NCBI GenBank assembly: GCA_951804945.1
Contig: OX638151.1
Coordinates: 46,314,001-46,378,000, forward strand
Direction: 5' to 3'
Source of the DNA: Podarcis cretensis
Lineage: Eukaryota
Length of the DNA: 64,000 nt
This document shows positions 42,071 to 54,424 of this stretch, piece after piece. The position numbers and the translations under genes are program-made. The notes beneath the pieces are model-generated. The model searched no databases. It had not been told where the DNA came from and was given only the letters and a program-made list of their open reading frames with translations. Numbering within the stretch: the stretch's first letter is position 1; every line of letters begins with the position of its first letter.

Positions 42071-43709
42071 AGGTAAGCCTATCTTTATTGTACCAGAGTA
42101 CTTAGGAACAGGCACACTCAAACAAAATGGTATTCACAGAATCTGACTGTTCAGGACTTTTCCTTCCTTCTGCAAACTCAGAATTGGCATAAAGGTCTGT
42201 TGTTAATGCCATGTGCCTATGGGAAAGGAGGGAAAATGAGAAAAGACAACCACTCTGCCCTTTGCAACTCAAACAGCTGAGCAACTCACAGTACGTCCTA
42301 CTTTTTATTTAGCCTTAACACAAAGTCATCTACTCTTTTAATATATTTTATATTATTTATTCTATTAGTATGCATTATATTCTTTATATCATAGCCCATA
42401 ACATACACTTTGCTTTAGGTTCTTAAAAAAATGAGAAATTTCTGAACAGTGACTGACTGAAAGCTTTGAAGTGGATGTGTATGCCATCACATAATTAATC
42501 CTATTATATTATGAGGATGTTTTAACAAAAGCCTTTCACTCATAATACTTGACTCATTGGATTAAAAAAAAATAGATAGAAGCATCATTCATAGTTTAAA
42601 CCAAACCTACCTTATTGAAAACTTTAAATATAAAAGGGATTGAACATGGAGATGAAATGTAGTTTGGCATGTGTAAGGACTAGGGAATATGTCTTCATCT
42701 TGCTGCCACAGATAATAACTGAGAGCATCAGAAACTGTCAGTAAGTGGTAGCAAAAGGTTAGTTGTCATGAATAGACAGGATTACTTTAATACTCAGGTC
42801 ACACAATGCTTCACTGCTAGTTAAATGTATTTATAGATAAGCATTCAATGCGTGTAATGTGCATGGTTCAATTGTTATAATAGCCAGGCCAGCTTTGGAT
42901 TGGTTAGAATAAATATGTTCCAGAAGGCATTATTATTCTCAACAAAAGTGATGCAAACACTACAAAAAAATGATTAATTATACTGATGAGGCATGACTTG
43001 TGATTAATAGGGCAATCCTATGCATTTTATTTATTTTAAAAGCCCCACTGTCTTCAATGGGTCTTACCTTCATCTGACTGTGCAGCCCAATGGGCACCTG
43101 CGGCCACAGGATAAGGCTGACTGAAGAGATATTGAAATATCTGCTGGCATAGAAAATGAGCCTGTAGCTCATACTTTGCTTCCTTTTAACAAATGTTCTC
43201 AATATTAAAGAAGTCAGTCCAGAAGAGGGAAGACCTTAAGGGAACTTGCAAGAAAGATTTATACCACTGCAGAGGGATTTATACCATGCAGAGGGATTTT
43301 TACATTTTAAAGGAAATGTCTGGGTTTGCGGGTTTGTTTCTGGTGTGGGCTGCACACTGCAGCCACTGCCAGCCTGAGACTGCGCATGGGCGCAGGGGCA
43401 CCTTTTCTCCAGCTTGGGCTGGCAGAGGCTCGGGCTGTCCTCTTTTCTGCTCTTCAAGATTTGGCAACCCTATGTTCTGATGAGTTTGGAAGCTTCAGTT
43501 AGTGCAAAATGCAGCTGTTAGGGTGATTGGTAGAACACCCATGTTATATGTATTAAACTGGTGTTGAACATTCTGAGGCAAGGTTATTTCACTGACATTT
43601 AAAGCCCTAAACAACTTGCCAGTACCTAGCAAACCCCCTCCCCCAGTACAGACCAAGCCATTCTTAGGAAACATTGCTGGTTGCTCCATGACCAATGGAT
43701 TGTCACTTT

Positions 43710-44015
43710 ATGACAACATGGAAGGGAGCCTTCTTGGCGATAGCACCCACCTTCTGGAATGCCCTCCCTCGGGTAATTCATGAGGTAAAATCATTAGCAG
43801 CTTTTCTGTACATTGAATCTGTACATTGAATTATTTTGTTTCATACACTCCTCAGTGTGGTCTGCAATATATAGTTTTGTTCTGTTGTTTTTAATGAAAT
43901 TTTTAATTATATGTTGTTATTTCCATTGATTTTATGTTCTGCACTTAGAGATTTTTTATTTTTTTGTATTACATTATATTAAGCAGTATAAGATTTTATG
44001 AACAAACAAACAAAC
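43710..44015 (+). mobile_element. L2 LINE 3' fragment
   Basis: GCCTTCTTGGCGATAGCACCCACCTTCTGGAATGCCCTCCC (AF..APTFWNALP motif) and a (AAAC)n tail. Confidence 0.6.
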
Positions 44016-44405
44016 AGAAGAGGGTAATTTCTCTGACAACTACATGCACATGCAAATCTAGCACAAAAGCAAATATGAAGTTGTCACAAGCATTGGCTCT
44101 ACATGCAAGTCTGCTGCCCTGGGCTTTATGCTAACATAAGGTGTCTGGTACTGAACAAAACAAGGACGGACACCTATAGTTTTATCTAAGTTTGGAGAAG
44201 TCTGGGGCCCAAATATATTATGATAAAAAGTGGTGATGCATCTGTGGACATGCTACATATATTCTTATGTCCAATATTTGTCAAAGGATTGCTTTGACTC
44301 TTGTCCTTGTGAAATATGTCCAGCCTTCCTAATTTATATTGTTTATGTCAAATTGTGATTTCATTTGCATATGATATTTTCAAACACAGTACAGAATTGC
44401 AAATA

Positions 44406-44657
44406 CAGTGGTACCTTGGTTTACAAACTTAATCCATTCTGGAAGTCCATTCTTAAACCAAAGCGTTCTTAAACCAAGGCGTGCTTTCCTACAGTAGCGG
44501 GGCACTAAATTTACAAATGAAACACACTCAACAGGAAGCGAAACATGTTCTTATTCCAAGGCAAAGTTCACAAACCAAAACACCTACTTCCGGGTTTGCA
44601 GCATTCTTAATCCAAGTTGTTCATAAACTAAGTTGTTCTTAAACTAAGGTACCACTG
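44406..44657. mobile_element. Tc1/mariner MITE, related TIRs but different interior
   Basis: TA-CAGTGGTACCTT...AAGGTACCACTG-TA. Confidence 0.82.
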
Positions 44658-45291
44658 TATTGGTCAAAATGCACACATGCATTCTAATAAACATTTTCAT
44701 CTAACATCGTGGTTACACATTTAGCGGGGGGGGGGGAGTGGCAAGAAATTGAAGTTGAGGAAGAAGAGGCTTCCTTACCCATTTGCAGCTCTCTCAAGTA
44801 TTTATTTACTAAAGCTTCCCTTTACAATTACAAGAAGCCAGAACTGCATTGATCAAAACAAAGTAATTTCAAGGACAAATATGTGGAACTGGAATGAGTA
44901 GTTTTGTTATTTATCATTGCGCAAGGTAGACTGAACAGCCTGGTATTTTGAGCCAAGTTCCAACCTGTATTTTCTCTAGTCATTAAAATCTAGTCAGACT
45001 TATTTGTTTAAATGTCCACAGAAAGCTGAGTGTGTAAGAAGTCGTCGTAGAGTCAATGAAGTGAAAGCTCTTTAATTACTGCAGCTAATTCTAAGCTTGA
45101 TTTTCAGAAAAGGCATCTTATCAGTCACAACACACCAGTTTAGGTTAGCAGAACTTACTCTTTGTGGACTCAGCTATACAGCTGCAAATAAAACGTTTTA
45201 AATGTGTTGTAAAGTGCAATATACAAATGTGACACCAGATGGCAAAAGTGAGCTATGCCAAATTCAATGAATTTTTCAAAATGTTTTTTAA

Positions 45292-45292
<1 letters not shown>

Positions 45293-45334
<42 letters not shown>
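45293..45334. repeat. (AAT)n microsatellite
   Basis: Direct reading. Confidence 0.95.
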
Positions 45335-45336
<2 letters not shown>

Positions 45337-45998
45337 GTGTTTTTAATGTGTGTGTAGATTCCGGATCCAGAATTGGCCTCCACAGTCACTTACAGACTCA
45401 TTGTTAAAACCGTGTTTATGGAAAACAATCTTACGCAGCTATGAGTGATCGCCAAGGAAGAAGAAGATATTCCAAAATGTGGCCTCTGGTAATATCTGGT
45501 ATAACAAAATTTGAAGTTGTCATATAAAATTGGCCTGTTGTGCATGTAATGCTTATTGTTCTAGCTGAAGCCAAAGGCCATGACAAACCACCCTAAATCC
45601 AAAATTAGCTGAAAATGAACATGTGAGCATGTGGATACTCAAATGAAAAATTGCAGCCACTTTGCTCCTCCCTAAGTTCTCCTGCTGTCATAGTACCCAG
45701 AGCTAAGGCATGGTTTCACTTGGCATTCACTTACATCCAAACCTACTCTTCTTGCTTGTTTCTCTCCAGCCAAACCATGAGCTGTAGACATCATTTATTA
45801 TTGACTCACCATTCGTGGTTTGTCTGGGGGACAAACTTTCTACCGACTGTCACCTACCAATTTTTTTATAATTTTAATAAAAGGACATTATTTGCAAATC
45901 ACCCTTCGGGTGGGGGGGGGGGAGAAAACTACTTACAAATCGTAACTGAAATTGGAATAAAAATACAAACACAGGAAAGAGACAGAAATCAAAACGAC

Positions 45999-46434
45999 TG
46001 TCAGGGAACTGCCATCGGAGCCAGAGGCGGAGGGAAGGCTCCAGAACGATGCCGGAGAGGGTCCCAGCAGGGAGAGAGGCAGCCCATCTGCTGGGGAAGG
46101 AAATCAGCGTAACACCAGAGGAGAAGGGGGGCAGATGGGGGAATCGGAGAAAAGGCTCCAGGACTCTTCACCGGAGACCACTGGGGAGAGCACGGGTACT
46201 CCGCTGCCCGCACCCTCCCTGCGCAGAAGACTTCCGCACAGGGAGAGTAGGAGGAGACTTGGCGTCAAAGAACTTCTTTGCTGGAAGAAGTTTAAGAAAT
46301 GCCCACTGACGGATTCTGCCAGCGACTGAGACAGCCACGAGTGCAAGGCTGTCCAGAGAGAAAGGGCTCAACCAGGCAACCTAGCCAGGAGTGGCGGCAA
46401 CTTACGCACGAGCAACCCCCTTAGAACCATTACA
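45999..46434 (+). mobile_element. Solo LTR (436 bp) with an internal ORF
   Basis: TGTCA...TTACA termini, perfect 5-bp TSD ACGAC (45994-45998 and 46435-46439), frame open 46000-46329. Confidence 0.85.
46000..46329 (+). CDS. LTR-embedded ORF (109 aa, open from the LTR edge), small acidic-then-basic protein
   Basis: VRELPSEPEAEG...LPAPSLRRRLPHRESRRRLGVKELLCWKKFKKCPLTDSASD*. Protein-level similarity to the frame at 32678-32782. Confidence 0.5.
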   Translation, partial: VRELPSEPEAEGRLQNDAGEGPSRERGSPSAGEGNQRNTRGEGGQMGESEKRLQDSSPETTGESTGTPLPAPSLRRRLPHRESRRRLGVKELLCWKKFKKCPLTDSASD

Positions 46435-46770
46435 ACGACCAAATATTTAAATACAAGGATGTATTAAGTGAAATACTTGGGATTAGTTTGCATTAACAAA
46501 GTGCCATATCAGATCTGAGGACATACACGTAAGCTTTATCTAGCAGGGAAGTAAATATTTAATGTGAGAGGCCAAAGTGAGACAGATAGCAGTGGGTTAG
46601 AGGACTGGACTGCCCCACTCCAGTACTAGTAAGCAAAAATGCTTGCAGTGACAGAACAGTCATATGAGCACCACATAAAATTCCACCCTGTATCCCAAAG
46701 TCTAGCCTTTCCTTACAGGAAACACAATCCAACATCTTAGTCATTCTTTTTCATCTTTCCCAGGTATACA

Positions 46771-46804
<34 letters not shown>

Positions 46805-46860
46805 GGGGGGGGGGGGAGAGAGAGAGAGAGAGAGAGAGAGGGGGAGAGAGAGAGGGGGGG
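46771..46860. repeat. Compound (AT)n(AG)n(G)n microsatellite
   Basis: Direct reading; long polypurine tract. Confidence 0.92.
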
Positions 46861-49800
46861 TTATGTAGAGTTCTATTTACCCCACTAAATTGATAGAGAT
46901 ATAGATAAATATTTAGTGGGACAAATAGAACTCTACATAAAAACAAAATGCAACCATATCACAGAATTATGTAAAGACATTTCAGTTCTGGTCATCTTAT
47001 TTGCAACCCGTTCCCCAAATAACACCTATCATAGAATTACCCCCCCCCCCCCAAGTATGGCTGGACTCAGAGTTTAATCCAAAATATTGACAAAACACTT
47101 CTATACCTAGCAGCAAGAGAATACCCCCACAAACTACTACCTCAATAATATAATGTTCTTTTTCTCCTTTTACTTGCAATAAAAAATATTCAAGCAGCCC
47201 AAATTATGTTTATATATTCTATTTATATGGGCACACACCACCTGCTCTATCTCCTATGCAATTCCTCAGATGCTTCTTTCAATGGAATGGTTGGCCTCAG
47301 CTTTTAGAGCAGAGTGGGAAAGAGCGTAATAGTGGTTAAACTAGGGCTATTGCTCTGCCATTAACCCAGTTGCAAAGACAGTATGACAGGCTTACACAAA
47401 CAGGATTCCCTAGTTGGTGGTGCAACAAAAGGGGCTAAGCAAAATTTTGAAATCTTAACTGAACACCACCCATTAGCAATAGGAATGGGTTTTAACGCAG
47501 GCAAGTAGCTTTGAGATAATTACATGTCTCCTAGAGGGGTGGGGTGGACTGAGAGGAGATGCTAAAAACATCGTTATTCAGGAGAAAGCGGTGGAAAAAC
47601 TGTTCAGATCTTATTTTAATATGCTGAACAAACAGTTATTGAAACAAAGTTATGTTGCACTATATACTTATCATTACAGGGTGTTTTCCCAGTACAGAAG
47701 CCTTTCCATATTCACAGTAGTGGTAATTATGTGTTAAGGCTGCTGCTGTGGGAAGGTCTTGTATCAGGCTCCATGCATTCCATACCACCCACCCATGGTA
47801 AACTGTCAGTGTAAATGGTTCTGGGATTGGTGTTGACCAGTTCTGTCCACCCAGACAGAAATAGTAAGTTACACCCACGCTTTCATCATGAGAAACAAAA
47901 TGCAAAACCCTCTTTTTCATTTATAGAAGAACGAAAGAAAGAAATCCTACAGAAAGGAATGTGAAGACAAGTGGCCATACATTCACACTTAATTTATGCT
48001 GGATGTGATATCACCACAAGTCCTGATCCAGCACCAATATGAAATATTGTATTCTACATGCAAAGGCAGCCAGGGCAGGGAATGCTTTTAATATCACCAA
48101 TATAGATGTAAAATGCTTTTAAACAAACCGATATCATCTTAAATAAGACTCTACATCTGCAGTTGCCTCATGCAGGCATTTACACAGCCACTGGTGGCAA
48201 ATGGATTTTGGTAACAGAAACAACATCACAGAAGGAGATAACACTAGGAAGTAGGTAATTGTTTTGCCGCTCATCGCTAATGTTATCAAAGGCAATAATC
48301 AACAGGTGCTTATATCACATATGGAGATGCTGGGAATAAATATATAAGGAGACATAATCAGATGTTTGACATGAATGTTAAATGTGACACTGGCTACACA
48401 GTGGGACATAATTGAAAAACACAAAAAGACGGTGTTGTAAGACTGGAAATAGGTAAAAGTTTTTTTTAAAAGTGCACAGGAGATTTTTGCACATGTGGCA
48501 TATCTTGCCATTTTGCTGCTGACAAAACCATGGTGTGCTACTATAGTGCCTGTGCTTCTAATCACAATATGCTACATGTACCCCCAGCAGCAGTAGTCAG
48601 ACCAACTGCAAAGTAAGTAAAACTTTTGCTACATCTTCCTGCTTTGCCTTGCTATTGCTCCCCACCCCGAAGGGAGAAGACAGACCATCCCTAGAGGACA
48701 TCGCCAGACCCACCCACCTCTGATTTATAACGCTGGTCTGATACCAGACTTTTGGGTGGGGTGGTTAAAAGAGGGGAAATAGTTGTTTATCTGCTAATTA
48801 GTGGGTGAGAGTATTCTTTGTTTATTATTTGATTATTTGATTATTGTTAATGTTGTTTGTTATTACGGATATTACCCCCCCCCCCCCCCGATAAATATTA
48901 CATTAGACGATATGACTCCCACTGTTCTCCTTCCCTTATGATTGTGTGTGTGTGTGTTGATGTAAGTAACCTGAAGACCTTTGGGGGATCAGCTATAATC
49001 ATTTAATAAAATGATGATGATGATGATGACAATAAAGGTGCCAAGTAATATGGCAAGTAATATAGCATTAAACAACAGCAGAAAAATTTCCACAACTATG
49101 TGCCTTTTTGCAGAGCCAAAGAATGCTGCACATCCAATAGCATGACTAAACCTTTCAACTTGTCCCCAAGGGCATATTTTCAAATGTGCAGAGTTCTTTA
49201 AAACATCCTGCAAATATGCTATATACTTCCTCACAAATGGATATTAAAACATTTAAAGCATAAAGTTCTAAGGTATTTTAATCTAGCATTCTGCAAAACA
49301 AACTCTTCAGTTAAATGAAATCCTACACAGCCTCCTTCCCCTTCCCTATGTTATGCCTTAATGACCGAAATATAGCACACACACAAATCTAGCAGCAGTT
49401 TCCAAAACTTTGGACTTAGGAAGCAGGCAATGGATGATTTATTCCACAACTCTGAAGAAGCTACAGATAATGCTCCTTCACACACTTCTGATATTGGGCA
49501 TGGGGCAAGAACTCAAGCAGGGATGCTATGCTTTGAGAGGCACCATAGTTCAGTTGAGCACATATTTTCAATGCAGAAGGTAGCAGGTTAAAAATTCCTG
49601 GCACCTGCTGTTTAAAAAGAGCAGTTATCAAGCAGATGGGAAAGACTTCTGAAATTCTTGCAAGCTGAATCAAGGCAGGAAAAAACCACAAGCATCTAGA
49701 TCCTGCTTGCACCTCCAAGCCTTCTCCCAACTTCTACATGTCACGGGGAAGAAAAACTCCACCCATTCTCTCTTGCAGGTAGTGGTGGGCTTGGTAGACA

Positions 49801-50084
49801 CTGGGAGTTTAATTTTCCACCAGGGACTGGGGAGCTTGTAGTTCAACCCCATTGGGCCCAAGGGAAAATGATGGGGTCAGTATCACTTGCCCGAAGGAGA
49901 GCTACCATCTTCTTTGGAGTACTTCACTGGGACTATGATGTCACAGTAATAGTTTTATTTATACACATTGCCCTCAGATACATTGTACTCAAACAACAGA
50001 CAATTTAGATACAATGACTGAACATTCGTGATAGATAAAAATGAACACACACTACAATAGAGTTGCCTAACCTGTGACTATATT

Positions 50085-50417
50085 CAGGGGCGTACGAAGG
50101 GGGGTGGGGGGGTGCGGTCCACTCTGGGTGTCACCCTGACGGGGGTGACAAAATGGTGGGCGGCACTCCTCACCGCGGGGCCTGCAGCGTGCACGAGCCA
50201 CGCATCTTGGCACCTGCAGTCTCCACGCTGTCTGCCCGCTGCCTCCCCCCAGCTGTAGGGATGGGGCATGCAGCACCCATAGGGACAGCACAGAACATGC
50301 TGCGTCCATAGGGATGGGTTGCGCTGCGGCGCCCATAGGGATGGGAATCCTCATACCCTGTTTTGTCCCTGTGGGCACCATGCCCCCCGCCCCTATGGGC
50401 AGTTTGCACCGCACCAG
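50085..50417. mobile_element. GC-rich hAT-like non-autonomous fragment
   Basis: Begins CAGGGGCGTAC; internal repeats of CCATAGGGATGGG; CpG-rich against an AT-rich background. Confidence 0.45.
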
Positions 50418-52322
50418 GTACCTGAGAGCCTTCCTCCACCATACTAGATCTTGCCAGTTTACAACTTCCATCATCCATGCTGGCTGGGCTGAAGGGAATT
50501 GGAGTCCAATGATATTTGTAGTTTAACAAGTTTGGTACCCTTGCACGATAACATTGACAATTCAACCATCACAATTCAAAATAAAGTAACTTGAATTTAA
50601 GCAATATCTAAAGCAACACTCTGATTTCTGCAAAATATTCCTGTTATTTTAGTCTTTACATGCAATCCTATCTAATGACAGGGTGGGGATTCCCCTAATT
50701 GTAATAAATAATATGCCTTGCCATTTTAAAGCATTTATAATGCATAATGCTTCAAAATGGGCAATGCCCTTCACACAGAATATTTTTGTGTAATCTTTAC
50801 AACTGCTGTGGAAGACCATTTTTTTTTTGGAGAATTGAGCATCCTCAAACTGATGGTAGGAATCTGATTGACTTGTGCCAGACAAATGCTCTGTGGTGAA
50901 ACCCTCCTAGCCAGGTCCTGGTATAACCTGGGCTTTTTGAGTTCCGGCACCTCTCAGGTGGGCGCCATTGCCATTATGAGAGAACAAGGGAGACGTTCAC
51001 GGTGAGTTCAGGCACCTCTTTTTCTAGAAAAATAGCACTAGGTGTAACTTGCAGCAAGTAGCCAGCAGCAGTGCTGCAATCAGTGAAACTGGAGAGGCCA
51101 TTTTTAATCTCCTACAATGCTCCTGAGGTGGCATCACTTCTTGACACTGTGGGCAGTTTAGAATGGTGGCTTCAAGCCACTCAGCATGAGGGGCCTAAAG
51201 CAAAGCACTGTTGTAGCAGCAGTCCAAGGATACAATAGGCCAATGTCTGGCCTAATTCTTGGATAGAAGATATTCAGGTAATTTGGGTTTATAAATTTTA
51301 ATGGCTGCTGAAATTGGTTGAATTTGAAGTGTAATCTCTCCAGTTGCACGGTCATAACTATCCATCTATATTCAAAGGATGGGGACAGAGAAAAATTATA
51401 CACAAACTGTTCCTTTACTCAGATTTATATGCATTCTCACTCTTTTGAAATAGTTTCAATGTTAAGTACTTCTTTAAATATATTTGAAGCTTCTCATACA
51501 AATAGTGCAAGCGTACCATTCTGTGCAGCATGAAAACTTAGGCTGCAATACTTCAGCCACTTATCTGGGAGTAAACCTCAATGAGATCAATGTGGCTTAC
51601 TTATGAGTAGAGATGTATAGGTTTGCACTATTATTTCACCTTCAAATAACAAAGAGCCTGTACAGACTTCCAGCTTGGCGCCTCCGACAATGGCGGAATT
51701 CCTCTGATCGGGAGGAATTTGCTCCGTGGAAATCAGGGTCTGGCCGCCACGGCGAAGGCGGAGACCCACTAAAAATCACAGACGGGAGAAGCCTGTGAAT
51801 GTGGAATTCAGCTGGCACCTTTTGCGCCTCCCCTACTCGCGGGGAGACCCGGTTTCGGGGATCCGGAGCGAGGTGGGGTGAGTGGCGCTGTGCTTCGAAT
51901 TGACTGCTTCTTTCACAGAGTGAAGCCGCACTGCTGTTGCTGGAGAGCGCTGACTTTTTCCTGTGGACAATTTGATCCTAAACAACTACCCATGAGTAGA
52001 ACGGAAAATTGGATTTTTAAACGTCTTAATTTGGCACCGAAACGGGGAGGTTTCAAACAGGAAGTCCGCCTTCCCCTTTTGTAAATAGATTGAAGCAAAG
52101 AGCTTGCAAGCTAAAGTCTTGGAAAGTCCTCTGTAAAGGATTAAACTTCCATCGGCTAAAATCATTAAACCCCCCTTGGAAGCAGGAGAAGAGGGGGGGG
52201 GGAAATTGGGATCGCGTAAGCCTGCAGGAGAGAGTGAAGAAAGTTAAATTACCACCGCTCTGAACCTGGAAACGGGCTGCTAGTAAGACTGACGTTTTGG
52301 GAAAGTTCATTGACTGTGAATA

Positions 52323-53153
52323 AAACAAAAAAATTCCTTCCAGTAGCACCTTAAAGACCAACTAAGTCAGTTCTTGGTATGAGCTTTCGTGTGCATGCAC
52401 ACTTCTTCAGATACACTGAAACAGAAGTTTCCAGACCCTTCTATATAGTGAGAAGGTGGGGAGGGGTATTACTCAGAAGGGTGGTGGGAATGGGTGATTG
52501 GCAGATAGCTGTGATGAGCCTGTTGACGACTCTTAACGACTGCAATAGGTCTTACAGGAAAAAGCAAGGGGTGAAAAGGTGAAAAATGGCTTTGTCATGT
52601 ATAATGAGATAAGAATCCAAGGTCTTTGTTCAGACCAGGTCTCTCCATGGTTTTAAGTTTGGTGATAAGTTGCAATTCAGCAGCTTCTCTTTCCAGTCTA
52701 TTTCTGAAATTCCTTTGTAGTAAAACAGCTACTTTGAGATCTTGTATAGAATGTCCTGGGAGATTGAAGTGTTCTCCTACTTGTTTCTCTGTCTTGTGAT
52801 TCCTGATGTCCGATTTATGTCCGTTTATTCTTTGGCGTAAGGTCTGGCATGTTTGTCCAATATAGAGAGCTGAAGGACACTGTTGGCATTTGATGGCATA
52901 CACAATGTTAGACGATGAGCAATTAAATAGTCCCGAGATGGTATGTGTGATGTTGTTGGGGCCAGTAATGGTGTTGTCTGGGTGTATGTGGCATTATATT
53001 AGAATAATAGTATTATAATAATACTACAACCAGACCTAACACGGGCACTGGCACCAGAGCCTGCAATAAACCCAGATGCCAACTTTGCTGCCACATACAC
53101 CCGGACAACACCATTACTGGCCCCAACAACATCACACATACCATCTCGGGACT
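52323..53153 (-). mobile_element. Penelope-like retroelement fragment (GIY-YIG endonuclease end plus 3' pseudo-LTR) with an inverted 5' piece
   Basis: VYAIKCQQCPSALYIGQT...LRQRINGH...EHFNLPGHS...GLN. The Cys-rich linker CNKPRCQLC suggests the Neptune clade. Confidence 0.9.
52377..52414 (-). ncRNA. Minimal type I hammerhead ribozyme motif in the Penelope element
   Basis: Minus strand: GUAU-CUGAAGA-A-GUGUGCAUGCACAC-GAAA-GC-UC-AUAC, i.e. stem I, CUGANGA core, palindromic stem II, GAAA, very short stem III, UH cleavage site. Confidence 0.8.
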
Positions 53154-54424
53154 TCAGCTCTCTATTGCATTATTGCATTATGTAAGATAAGTGATTCATT
53201 GGAACAGCTCCACAAGAAGACGGATCTGATGACTATCAAAATTGATAACTTGGGACAAAAAGTGACTAATTTGGGACAAAAAGTGAACATCTATACAGAA
53301 ACCATTCAGGAATCGATACAGAAATCTACTTTGACATGGCAAACTGTGGAGAAGGTGAGGTAGAAAGTTTTTGTTGTTGAACCTAAAGTAATACAAGTGG
53401 ATAGGGAGAGAGCCCCAGCCTTACAGAGGCAATTTGATGACTATAAGTTGTTGCCTTCTATGATTGAATTCAGAGAAAGTCAGATTTTGAGGATTGGAGC
53501 CCTGCTTGGACTGGAGAAGGAAAGTTGGATAGATCACCTCATGCAGGGATTTACTGACCTTTGGGACCTGGACCTGGGTCAGGAGGAGATTGGAGTTGTG
53601 GGGACTTTCAGATTAGGAGGGATTTTGAAACACGTCCTGAAATATCTTTTGGATTTTAGTTTTAATTACGGAGTTTTGGCTGACCTGTCGAGAAAGAATA
53701 AAAACATTGCTAGGTCGGAGCTTCCCCGAGATCTACTCTTCAGCATCAAAGGAAGGAAATTAAGAACAAGATCAGCAGAAGACAAAGTAAAGTGTATGTA
53801 TAAATATGAAGAAGACCTGCAGAAGAGACTTGGAAAAGAGTTAAGAGCCTCGGACAGAAGATCACCAGGTTGATGAACTATATGGAATTGATGTAAATGA
53901 CTGGCAGAATCTGAGACCAGGGAGAAGAGACGGTGGAAGAAAATTGGAAAAAGTTTAAAGTTTATTTATAGAAACACTGTAAAATTAATGAGTGTCAGAA
54001 AAATGTTGGAATGAAATTATATGGCTTTAGTAGAAATATTCTAAGGAGTTAAGCATAAATATTATAGTATTAATGGAAAATAAGGTTAAAATAAGATAAT
54101 TATATGACAGAAAATATAGAAAGATGGAAAGGAATTGCTGAAACAATTAACAGAAGTGGAATACAAAAAGGGAGGTGAGAGGAGGTCGATGAAACAAGGG
54201 AATGAAAGATAAGGCATTGAAATGGTATGATGTATGTTTTTAAATTGTTTTTGCTTTGTTTTGTCTAATGTGTTAATGTTGCGTTGTGTACTGTTTATAT
54301 ATTGTATTGTATTGTTTTTTTTCTTTCTTTTGCTTCTTCTTTTTTTCTTTTCTTTTAAACCTTACAAAAAAGAAGAAAAAGTAATAAATATTATTTTTTA
54401 AAAAAAAAAACCAAAGAGCCTGCA

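Larger units (their letters stand above)
51665..54410 (+). mobile_element. L1-like element lacking most of ORF2, with a nested Penelope insertion
   Basis: CpG-rich 5' UTR starting GACTTCC...AATGGCGG; coiled-coil ORF1-like remnant at about 53154-53870; ORF2 C-terminal-like remnant (EENWKKFKVYL); AATAAA plus poly(A); TSD CAAAGAGCCTG(T/C)AC. Confidence 0.7.
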
